Origin: Elsinoe ampelina
Taxonomy: Eukaryota
DNA: 64,000 bases
Assembly: GCA_010093995.1 (NCBI GenBank)
Contig: ML992507.1
Location: forward strand, 1,051,868 to 1,115,867
Direction: 5' to 3'
A program made the translations under genes and the position numbers. This document shows positions 10,779 through 23,200 of the stretch, piece by piece (positions within the stretch are counted from its first letter, which is position 1; each line of letters opens with the position of its first letter). The notes beneath the pieces were generated by a model. That model was not told where the DNA came from. It was given only the letters and a program-made list of their open reading frames with translations, and made no database searches.

Positions 10779-13700
10779 CTAGAGGATAAGTTCTATTCTC
10801 TAGCGGAACAAGGGTAATTCGAGATAGATCCGGAGGTATATAGTTACTAAATAGCGTTATTAGCTACTATATCCCCGCTATTATAACTCCTATTACTATT
10901 TACAACTCTTATAACCGCTCTTACACTATTACACTTTAAGCCTTTATTAACACTAGCGCGCTTATTAGCGCCGTAGTTAATTATAACGTTCTTAATAAGC
11001 TAAAGAGCTTCGGCTACCCCGTAGTACTAGCTAGTCCTATTTAGCTTTAAGCCTACAATAGTGTTCTAATAGAGCAAGTTATATATAGCATTCCCCTTAC
11101 TACTACCGTTTCTAGTAAGCTAAATAACTTTACTATCTTTTGTATTATAGATATTAGCTAATTTAACATTATTCTTAGCCTTAGCTAACTTAAGGCTAAT
11201 AGGGCTACTATCGACTATAAGCACGGCTAAGTTATATACAAATAAGAGTTTTCGCCGATAGTTATTAAGTAGGAGCTGCTATAGCTAATTAAAAGACTAG
11301 AATCTAGATCTAAGCCTAGCTCGGATCTAGGAATCTAGCTTAGTAAAGCCGCCGCCCTAGTTTAGAACTAGTTTAGTTCTAGTCTAACTTGTAAACTAAG
11401 TTCTAGCTTAGCTACTAAGTTAGGACGAACTAGACTATATTAGCTACTAGCTCTTAGGTTGAACTTTAAGCTAAATTAGGGAGAGTTTAAGCTAATCTCC
11501 TATAGCACTTAGTTAATGTATAAGTTCTTCTACTTACCTACCTACGTAAGTAATACTAAACAGAAAGAGCCGACTATTGCCTTTATTAGCGTAGCTACCT
11601 TTATATTAGTAGCTAAATACTAAAAGAATAAGGTGTTTATAATCTTAGTAAAGAATATCAAGGACTACTACTAGATAGCTTCTAAGCTAGAACTAGACTC
11701 TATAGTAGTTCTCCTAGAGGAGCTATAAGAGTTTACCGACATCTTCTCTAAAGAGTAATCTAACATGCTCCCTCTATATCGGCTAGATTTCGACAATCGG
11801 ATTACACTTAAGGATAGAGCTAAACTACTACGCACTAAACTCCTTTACTGCCTATTACTAGAGAAGCTCGATATAGTAGAGCTATTTATCCGTAAGCACC
11901 TTAATAAAGGCTTTATTATACTAAGCTTAGCTAGCTATTTCTTGCCTATTCTCTTTGTTTATAAGCCTAGTAGCGGACTCTACCTTTACGTTAATTACTA
12001 TAGCCTTAATAAGGTAACTAAGTAAGATGTCTATTCTCTATCTCTTATTAAAGAAACACTTACGCGCGTAAGTAAAGCTAAATAGTTTAGTAAGATTAAT
12101 ATCTATTAAGCCTTCTACTACCTCTATAACTCTGTTAATAGCGAAGACCTTACTATATTCTCTATATATATAGGTAACTTTAAGTAGCTAGTAATACTAT
12201 TTAGCCTTACTAACGCCTCTATAGTATAGTAGAAGTTTATAAATTATAACTTTGTTAATATACTAGAGCGCTTCGTATTAATCTACTTTAATAATATTCT
12301 TATTTATACTAACGGCTCTTGCCGAGAGCATGCCGAGCATATTAAGCTAGTACTCTAAAGGCTCTACGAATTAGGCCTAAACACTAATATTAAAAAGAGT
12401 AAGTTCTACCTAGCGGAGGTAAAGTACCTTAGTATTATTGTTAGCCGAGACAGAGTTAAGATAGATCCTAAGAAGGTAGAAGCTATTAGGGCCTAGAAAT
12501 AGCTAGCCTCTAGTAACACTACTTAGGTAAGGAGCTTTATTAGTTTCTATAGCTATTATTATTGCTTTATTAAAGGATTTAGTACTATTACTAAACTACT
12601 AAACAATTTGCTTAAGAAGGACGCTGCACTATAGAACAATAGGTATACTACTATATTTAATTATATAAAGTACACTATTATAAGTGCGCTAATTCTTATA
12701 TATTTCGACTAGTTAAAGTAGATAATCCTTAAGACCGACGCCTTCGACACTACCACCGCTAGGATTCTATTATAATATAATAAATCCGATGTCCTCTAGC
12801 CTATTGCCTTCTTTAGTAGATCTATAAGTAAAGCCGAATATAACTATGCTATCTACAACAAGGAACTACTAGCTATTGTTTAAGCCTTTAAGGAGTAGGC
12901 CCCTAAGCTTATAAGCACTTAATCCAACAAGGCTATCTACGTTCTTACTAACTACTAATCCTTAATACACTTTATAAAGACTTAGAAGCTATTACGCCGC
13001 TAAGCGCGCTAGGCTCTCTACCTTGCGTAGTTTAACTTTAAGATTATATATAGGCCTAGCGCCGCTAATAGCAAGGCTAACGCGCTTATAAGGAGAAATA
13101 GAGATATACTATATTTAAAAGAAGACTCTAATCTACGCTAGACGCTACTACTATATAAGGTGCTAGATTAGTGCATTATTAACAAACTAAATCTAGATCG
13201 CATCTAAACTAAATTACTAATCTAAGCCGAACTAAGATCTAGTTCGGTATCTAGTTTATAAACTAGTTCGCTATCTAGTCTATTACCTATTTTACCTCCT
13301 ATTTCGCTACCTATATCGGCGCCTATTTCGGCTGCCGAACTAGGCATCTACGTAGCACCTATCTTAGCTATAGAAGAGCCTTTACTCCTTTTCGACGAAG
13401 TAGCTAAAGCTAACCTACGAGACTCTAATTTCGAGACAGTTCGTAGCATCTACTATATAATAGAAGCCTTCCTAAAGAGGAAATAGCTACTATCGACTAA
13501 TGTTACAATTAAAAAGGAGATGCTATAGGCTAATAGCCGACTAATCGTGCCTTTCTCTATAGCTATAAAGGTTATCTAAGGAGTTTATATATCGAAGGAT
13601 TATATACACGTAGGAGCCACTAAGACAGCTACTATAATAAAGTCTACTTTCTATATCCCCGGATACAATAGTAATATTAAGAGGTTCGTTGCTAACTGTT

Positions 13701-14878
13701 ATAACTATAAGCGTTTAAAGGCTCGTTATAGTTTGCTAGCTAGCCTCTTATTGCTATTACCTATTCCGGAAAGGCCTTAGTAATATATCACTATAGACTT
13801 CGTTACTAGCCTACTCTTAGTAGATAGCTATAACGTAGTACTATATGTTATAGATTACTTATCTAAGGAACAACACTTAATCTCTTACTTCTCTAGAGAA
13901 GGAGGCACCTTAGCGTTTAAGACTACTAAGTTGTTATTCTTCTACGTTTAGAGACTATATAGCCTACTAGATAGTATCACCTCTAACTACGGCCCTTAGT
14001 TCGTTAGCGACGTATAGAAAAGGCTCTACTAAATCCTAAAGATTACTACTAAACTATCTACCGTAGGGCACCTATAAATAGACAGCTAATTAGAAGTTAT
14101 AAATTGTAAGTTTAAGCGGATTATCCGTTTATACGCTATACGTTTTAGCAATTAGACCCTTATTCTACTAGTAGTAGAGTTCTCCGCTAATACTAGCCTA
14201 TTAGAAAGTACTAAGCTATTACTATTTAAGGTTACTAGGGGATATAAGCCTAGGCTAAGCTTCTAGCTCCCTTCCGACGCACTATTAACAAGAGCTAAGC
14301 TAAATAAGACTAACATTCGCGCCCTTACTAAGCAACTAGAAGAAGCGCTAGCTATTACTAAGGCTAACCTCGCTGTTGCCTAATTACGAATAGTAAAGCA
14401 AGCTAATAGGTACTACTAGCCGATAAAGTTCGAGGTAGATAATTTAGTTTAGCTATTAACAAAGAACCTTTAGTTACTAGGCAATCTAAAGCTACTACTA
14501 AAGCATATTAGTCCTTATAAGATCCTCGAGAAATAGTCGCTATTAGTGTACAAGCTTAATCTACTAGCTACTCTATAAAGGATTTACTCTATATTCTATA
14601 CTAACCTCCTTACTAAGCACCCGAATAACTCCCTACTAGGCTAAGCCTTTAAGGAACTACCTCTAGTAGAGATTAATAGTAAGGAAGAGTATAAGGTAGA
14701 CAATATAATTAATATATACTTACTATAAGGGAAGCTAGTTACTTATATAAGCTAGAAGAGCTATCCGGAGGATTTTACCTAGTGGCTAATTAACAATCTT
14801 AAAGGAGTAGCCGACGTGCTACGTAACTATCTAGACTCTTATACGGATAAGCTAAGGCCGAAATAGATTAATAAATAA
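10772..14878 (+). pseudogene. pol: Pol of Gypsy A (protease, RT, RNase H, integrase, chromodomain)
   Basis: FIDTGA-like motif ~10943; ORF-track 11765-12025 is an in-frame RT fragment; YxDD-like motif ~12284; [20 protein letters not shown] ~13750; EEYEVD..I chromodomain ~14685. Confidence 0.93.
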
Positions 14879-15185
14879 TGTATAATAGTGTTTAAGGGTA
14901 AACACGCTTAAGAGAAGAGATAGTAATATAAGATAGATACGAACTAGATCTAGTTAAGATCTAGTTTAGATTAGTTATGTGATCTCGGCATCGTAGCCCG
15001 GGCTTCCGGCTACTCCGCCCTCGATATTACGTGTGCTTTATATACTAGCTTTTCTTCTTCTTCTTCTAAGTCTTAATATCTTAATAAATAGACATAATTA
15101 ACCTCTTATCTTACTAGTCGTAATTAATATCTATTAGAAGGCGTATTATAAGGCTACTAAGGAGTACTTAGAGAAATAAGGCCCC

Positions 15186-15371
15186 TAATATAAGATAGAA
15201 ATAAACTAGATTTAGTTAGAGATCTAGGTTATTTAGTTATATTACCTTAGCTCGTAGCCTATACTTTTAGCGTCTATATATACTTATATCTTAGTATCTC
15301 TTCTTCTCTTCTAAATCTTAATATATTAATAAATAGACGTAATTTACCCCTTACCTTACTAGTTATAATTA
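15186..15371 (+). mobile_element. Solo LTR of a diverged Gypsy A-like family (186 bp)
   Basis: Starts taatataagatag and ends actagttataatta like the A LTRs; flanked by GCCCC/GCCCT (TSD with one C>T). Confidence 0.88.
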
Positions 15372-18109
15372 GCCCTATAGATCTTAGTATAATATTAGAG
15401 TAGCTAGGTAGATAGTATTAAGAGTACCTACTCTTTATTAAGAGGAGCTACCTTATCTACCTTCTACTTCCTTAACTACCTATCTATAAGGTTATTAGTA
15501 AGGAGGTAATTAGTAATAATAAGAGGCTCCTTCTACTTCTTACTCTTCTTCTCTATCTTACTAAGCTTAATACTAGTATAGCTATAGATACTAGTAAAGG
15601 TAGAGGTAGTATACTTCTTACCTTACTAGCTCTTAGTACTAGTTATAGTAGTTGTTAGAGAGGTAATAGAAGTAGTATCTAAGTTAAGATCGTAGTACTT
15701 TATTACTATATATTAAAGATAAGATTACTCTAATATATACTAAGCTTCTAGTAATAACCTATAGTCGTAGCTATATAAGAGTAATAGTAGTTAAGGAGGA
15801 CATAGTAGTAGTAGCTTTAGTTATAGTATACCTTACTATAGTAGTAATACGAGATAGACACGAACTAGATTTAGTTAGGAGTTAGTTTAGATTAGTTATG
15901 TAATCTCGGCATTATAGCCCGGGCTTCTAGCTACTTCGCCCTCGATATTACGTGTACTTTGTATACTAGTTCTTCTTCTTCTTCTTCTAAGTCTTAATAT
16001 TTTAATAAATAGACATAATTAACCTCTTGTCTTACTAGTTGTAATTACTATGTCGAGACTTCGAAACAACTATAACTAAGCGACGGAGCTATTAAACTAT
16101 CTAGTTATTCTACTACTTATATAACTACTAATAACTACTACTTATAAAGAACTAAAGAATTAAAGAAGAAGCTATTATAACTATAGTTCCTATATACACT
16201 ATAATAGATCCTCGCTACTACTATATAGGTTAATACTATAAACTCTAAAGATATAAGAAGAAGATAATAAGTCGAGTTATAGACGACTCTTAAAGGAAGT
16301 AGGCCGCTAGCTAAAATTTTTAATATTCCCTTTGTTACGTATTAACTTTTTACACTATTTATTTACGACTAACTATACTAAGTATAGCTCGCTCTAACTA
16401 CGGCAAAGACGATTACTACGTAAGTAAGATTCCTCTACCCCCTACTAATAATAACAATAAACTAGTCTAATTAGCCTATTATAACCTTATTTGCCTTAGT
16501 AACACTAACCTTAAGAAGAGGCTATAAGAGATAGATAGTATAACTACTCTACGTAAGGCCTTTACCTTTATTAAGTCTACCTATAACGAATAGGTTACTA
16601 TATATAACTTAGTATATGCCGACGCTCTCGATCTACGTAACTAGTTAGATAATGTTCTAATAGAGCTAGATACTACTAATAGTACTACTAACAATCTTAC
16701 TATCTAAACTATGCGCTATCTTGTAGACATTAGTAAACTTAAGGCTAAACTAGCCTAGCTAAGAGCTAAGATAAGACGCGCTATGCTAGCTCTCTCTACC
16801 TATAGTACTATATTATTTAAAACGATACTAGACTCTACTATTTTCTCTAGTAGCACTCTAGAATAGTTCGAGGTTTTTAAACACTAGATAAAGAATAAGA
16901 TACGCGCTAACGCTAACTACTTTCCTACCGAGGCTACTTAGTTCGCCTATCTCTACTTACGTCTTTCTAGCGAGGTATATACTTTTATTATAGACACTGC
17001 CGGTAATAACATTATTAGCGTCGACGAGGTCCTTACTCTTCTAGCCTAACGCTTTAAGGATCCTAACTATAAGGCTATAGCACGCGCTTAATTTACTAGT
17101 CTCTTCTAGTGTAATATCTTCTTTAACTCCTTTATTAGCGAATTTAATAAGTACGCCCTCTACGCTAAGATTGCTAAGGACGAATAGCTCTACTAGCTAC
17201 GCTAGAAGATATCTAGTAAGCTATATATTGCCCTCGTTAACTTCGATACTAACGACCTCTTTACCTTTATTATAAAGGCTTATACTACTAACTATAATAT
17301 TTAGTAGAGTAACCTTATTACTAAGTATACTTAAGCCTTACGTTCTATGCTAGCTATAAGTTATACTACTACTATACTAACCTATATAACCTATTCTACC
17401 TCTATACCTACTACTCTAGCTACCTTCTACTCTATTACTAGAGGCGCTCTATAACTTTTCTATCTAACTTAGATACTTACCTACTACGTGTATAGTAAGC
17501 CTAGCTACATCTCTACTAAATATATAGCTAGTGCTTCTAAGAAGGTAGTCTATACTATAATACGCTCTATACGTATTAGTACTATAGAAGAGATATAGTA
17601 GCTCTAGGATCGCTTAGCCGAGTTAAGTAGCTAAGTTAATACTAGTTCGGCTTATAAACTAGATCTAGTTTAGCCTTAGTTTAATCCCGAAATAGATTAT
17701 AAGTCTACTAACCTATCTAGCTAGAGAAATAAGTAGCTAGAGGACAAGTTCTATCCTCTAGTAGAATAAGGGCAATTCGAGATAGATCTAGAGGTATATA
17801 GATAATAAATAGCGTTATTAGCTACTATATCTAGGATAGTCGTAAAGTAGAGTAGAGTTAGAATTTTCTCTAGGTAACTTATCTCTACTCTAATCTACCT
17901 CTAGGCTTAGCTAACCCCTACTAGAGTAGGTAGGGTTAGGGTTAGCTAAGCTAAGGAGTAGGTTAGGGTAGAGTTATAAATTTTATACTCTATAGGTTAT
18001 TAGTAATATATAAAATAATAGAGTATAATTACTAATAATAGATTCTAATTATAAACTATATTCTCTAATACTACTACTTATAGAATTATACTTTTAATCT
18101 CTATTATAT

Positions 18110-19378
18110 CTAGGTATTAGATATCTTCTTATCTTTAACCTTAGTAGTATCCTTATCCTCTATATTCTTATTCTTATTCTTATCCTTATTATTGTTATTA
18201 CTATTAGTCTTAAGCTTAGAGTACTCTATAACCTTATTATTCTTATCTTTACTATCTAACTTATTTTTAACTTTAACACCTAGATAATAATCCTCGTTAC
18301 TACTAGCTTCCTTATCTAACATTCTTTCGATCTTATTCTTATTCTTCTTAATCTCCTCCTTATACTTATTATTATTATCTCCTTTATAGTATAGCCTAGT
18401 ACTATAGAGTTTAAGCTCGGCGATATATTTATACTTAGAAAGTAGAGGAATAACTAGCCTATATAATTGTTAGAATATACTATAATTAAAGACTATAATA
18501 AACTTACTACTAGTTAGGATCCTATAATACTACTAATTCTATAGGAGGGAGCTCTTTAAGCTACTTAAAAAAAATCTTATATGTCTACTTATTGTTAGTG
18601 TCGTTAGTAACAAGGCTTATATAGCTATTCTAGTAAATCTTGTGCTATAGCTTCTTAATAATACTACTAGTACTATAGATATATATATAAGCTTATATTA
18701 GCTATTATTTACCTTACTAATTTACTACTATATTATCTTAGATATACTTAATAATCTTATTATACTCTTACTTTTATAGAGTCTTTCTAATACTAGCCTA
18801 TTTCTTATAGGTCTATATAAATATAAATTCAAGCTACTCGCCTATAACGATTAGTACTACTATAATAGTATACTATAATAATAGACTTACTACTTCTCTA
18901 TTTATTAAAGTATTTCTCCTCTATATCTTTAATAGTATTATTAATTCTAATATTCTACTCTTTAGTAGAGAGCTAATTCTACTTATTCTCTTTCTTAATC
19001 TTATTACGTAAAGTACTAATAGCTTTATAATCTACTACTTAAGTAGTATAGAGGGCTTACTTCTTATATATATACTAAGAAGTATAATCTCTCTACTTAA
19101 TAGTATAAGTACTTTAACTTAGAAGTCTAGAGTATCTAGCGATAAATCTAGTCTTATAGCTCCTTCTAAATTAACTAGCGCTATACTAAGAGATCTAGTG
19201 TTTAATTTTCTACTACTTAGAATTAAATCTCTAGCATTGTTAGTAACTATATATAATAAGAGACTATAATTAATACCTCTAATAATTCTCTTAGAATATT
19301 CTCTCTACTATCTTCTTTCTACTTAATTACTACCTACTCTTTCTACTTTATCTTAATATCTTCTATAGGTATAGACAT
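18110..19378 (-). pseudogene. Conserved cargo ORF2 with acidic tail (hAT-2)
   Basis: ATG at 19378; RKLNTGS motif ~19190-19215; ORF-track 18110-18322 (K/N/D-rich) is the RIPped E/D-rich C-terminus. Confidence 0.65.
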
Positions 19379-19719
19379 TTAATTAAAAGTAATAAAAAGA
19401 GTATTTATAGTATATAAATTATACATAAGGTAAGTAAAAGAGGTAAAGGTATAAAAGGAAAGTTAGAGTTAGAAATTTATAATTTATAAATATATAAAAT
19501 AATAAAAAAGGAAGCTAGAGTAAGGAATAAGAAAGCTATTATTATATAAGTTATTTACTATTATTCTATTATTCTCTATTATTAATAGTAAATAGTATAT
19601 CTAATAATAAGTTTTATATTTCTTACTCTAGCCTCTCCTTTTTACTATTTTATATATATTAAAATTTTATATATAAACTTTAACTTCTTAGCTATATATA
19701 AATAACCTCTTACTTTACT

Positions 19720-20250
19720 ATAGTATATAAAAAAGATTATTCTTAAGCTACTACTAGTCCTAGAGAAAGAGGTTATAAAGGGAAGTAACCTACTATAAAG
19801 AAGATACTATAATTCTAGACTAAGCCTAGAAAGAAGTAGAGATTTAAGCCTAGTAGTATTTATTACAGTTTCTAATTATAGAGTAGAACTAATAGAAGGT
19901 AGCTATTACTCTCTATAAGATTTGTTACTACTAAAAGGATGTTTAATTATTATTCTATAAACTCTCCTTTTCTTACCTTATCTATAAGATATTCTAAGAT
20001 ATATAACTTACTTTTAAGGTTAATTACTAGATAGCTAATATACTTAGAGCTCTCTAAGAATTAGTAGAGGTATTTATTGTTAGATATATAGAAGGTATAT
20101 ACCTATTTAATATATATTAAAACCTTAATTAATACTTATTTATAGATATAAACCTTAACGCTATCTATACTAAGTATATTACTATTAATTATAAGGACTT
20201 TAGCCTTACTAAGTACTACTATTAGAAGTTTATAGTTAGTAGTTAGTTAA
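19720..20250 (+). pseudogene. Histone H3-like gene in hAT-2 (introns 19856-19902, 20095-20145; stop approximate)
   Basis: De-RIPped: MARKK...KKRRFKPG|TVALREIRRYQK...KLPFSRLIREI.QD...ALGALQESAEAFIV.YME|D.NLNAIHAKRVTI..KD..LA. Confidence 0.9.
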
Positions 20251-23200
20251 GGATTAGAGTTTTAGATAGTAGCTTATACTAGAGAAATAGTATAGGTAGA
20301 GCAACGAATTTCTTTACTATAATAATATAATATAATAATACTTTAATTCTTCCTCGATATTAGTAATTAATGTTTATAATTACTTAGGGGCTACTAGTGC
20401 GTTTTTAAACGCCTTAAGTAAAGTAATTATAGAAAAGACTTTCTAATAGTCTAAACTTAAATATATTACTTATCTAAACATTTTAAATTTGTTTAGCTAA
20501 AAAATTGTAGTATTATTATAAATACCTATACTACTTCTGTTTAATAATATAAGTTATATAACCTCTATACTCTACTATAGTAGATTCCGATAATCTAATT
20601 AATCTATAATTACGTCTTCTATTAACTCTACTAATTATAGTAGTCCCCGTCCCCTAAGATCTAGCTAGTTATTACTTTACTATATAACAACATAATAGAA
20701 GTAGTTAGCCTATACTATAGTACCTTATTAAGTGTCTAATGCTTAATCCTTCGATACTTGCTAAGGAATAAGTAGATCTTTAAAGCTTCCTATAGTAGTA
20801 GAACTTAATACTATAGGTATCTTACTATAGCTTCTCTAAGGAGTATAGCCTACTAAACTAGAACTTAACACTAAGAACTAGATTAGTATAGGCATACTTT
20901 AGAGAAGCTATATAGGTATCTAATAGACGTCTATTTATTTACTACTTATAGTATAGTAATATACTTACTTACCTATTACTATTAAAGTAAAGTATAAATA
21001 CAATAAGCAATTATAGAGATATAAAGACCTATACTAAGGTTACGAAATTGGCCTATAATCTAGTAGACTAAGCACTTATATAGCTTCGAAGTTGTCTAGT
21101 AATTAATTAGAAGAATGTTCCTTTATATTTAATTACTTAATTCTACTTAGAGCTTATTCGAATAGTAGTAGACTATAATTAGTTATTTTATACTATTGAG
21201 CGACTATTCTTCTAATAGTTTATATAGTTCCTATACCTAGGAGTATTTATACTAAGCTATACTTACTTCGCTACTCTCTTTAATAACAAATTTAAAAACC
21301 TCTATTAAACATTATTATAAGATCTTAATAAGATAATAAAGGTCTTAATCGCCCTTAATAGCTAGTCTATAAACAATTATTTAGGCTTTATTACAATTAA
21401 AGCTTATTATATTAATAACTAATAGTAGCTCTAGGAACAATTATTAGATATAGTACTACTTTAGGGTTAATATATAGGCTATAATTTAGCTACTAAACTT
21501 GTATAGACACTCTAGCACTATAATCTCTAGGATAGACTCCTCGCTATTACTACTAATAATGTAAGTAATAACTATATATTACGTAAGATAGTATAAAGGC
21601 TTCTTAGGTAGGTAAGTATTATATAGAGTATATAAGAAAATACTATTCTATGTCTTATATATATTATTAATCTTATTATATAGAACATTATTAAGTACCT
21701 CGACCTTAAAACTACTAAGGAGAATAAACAAGCTACTAGGCTTAAAAGGTAGTACTTAAGAAAGATCTCTATTAAACTTTTAGTGCTAAACTTGCTTCGT
21801 AAGGTTAGTATTTTAATTATAGTTTTTAATTATAGTCTAATTAATTCCTAGCTCTATATAACTTATATTACTATTAGTTAATTACCTTAACGCTTTAAGA
21901 GGTTTATAACTCTTTAATAAGCTATAACACCTCGAGAGTATAAGGCTATTATTTAAGATATTAAGACGTAGTAGAACTTAACCTTTAATATATATAAGCG
22001 TAGTCTTAAGCTTAGACTATTTATTAATAAATAGCTTAAATAGGAGATTATAATAAAGAGTTCTACTAGTATAGGACCTAACTCGGTTAGCACTAATACT
22101 AGTAATCTAGATTATAAGGATCTTAAACGTCTTTAGCTTAATAGTATAGAGTAGTTACACCTTAAGCTAGTAATAAAGATACTTAAGAACTTTAAGGTAG
22201 TAACTACTTAGTTAAGTACTATTAGCTATCTACTAATTATATATCTCTAGTTAATGTATAATTGTCTATTTAACTTCCTTAATAAGATAGAGAATAGTAC
22301 TATAGATAAGAAGAGGAATAATAATAAGCCTTAGCCTAAAGTAGTTAGACTTATAGTAGAGCATAATCGAGATAAATTATTAAAGTACTATAATTACACT
22401 AACAACAAGAGAGAGTACCTCTTTAATTATAGTATAGTCTTAGACCCTATATAAAAGCTAACTCTCTACAAGGTTTATAGCTTATAAATATATTCTTATA
22501 GTAAGCTAATTATATTATAGAATAACACCTAGGAGAAATCTAATAAGGCTAAGTATCGTAAGTAATTTCTTAACTACCTTAGTTACTATAATAGTAAACT
22601 ACCTTCTCTAGATAGTCTACCTAAGACTATAAGTATTATAACTCTACTTAAAGATAAAGATAATTAGTTCTATTAACCTTAGTTACCTATATAGCTTACC
22701 TCTCCCTAGACAAGCTTTAGCTTCTAGTCTAACATTAGCTTAGTAATCTAGAATTAATAAGAGAGTTCTTAAACTACTTATTAAAAAAGCAAGAACTACC
22801 TTAATATCCCTCTAGTCCAGAGTATACTAGGATTTAAAGTGCTTAATTAGTAGAAGAACAACAAGAAAGACTTTCTATAGCTTACTAAAGTCGCTCGAGA
22901 TGTCCTTACTATACTAATCGCTAGCGTTAGTATCGAATATATATTTAATATAGCAAAGAACATTATTAGTAATTAAAGACACTAACTCTCTATATAAATA
23001 ATTATTATAAACTAGTAGGACAGCTAGAGCGTAGAGACGTTTAGACTAATTAAGCTACTAAGGATATTACGTAACCTAGCCTAACGTTTACTTAGTTCTC
23101 TATCTTCTCTAGTAGCTCTACTCTAGAAACTATAGAGCACGTAGGTTACTAGGAGACAAATATATATATATAGGAATAGTCCTTACCTTATATAAGTACT

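Larger units (their letters stand above)
8865..15126 (+). mobile_element. Full-length Gypsy A chromovirus (6262 bp)
   Basis: 203-bp LTRs at 8865-9067 and 14924-15126; 5-bp TSD ATATC (8860-8864, 15127-15131); purine tract before the 3' LTR; gag-PR-RT-RH-IN-chromo order. Confidence 0.97.

Noticed and set aside
17930..17975. Telomere-like TTAGGG/GGGTTA repeats (also ~1830-1900)
   Set aside because: At most two tandem units, embedded in hAT subterminal arrays.
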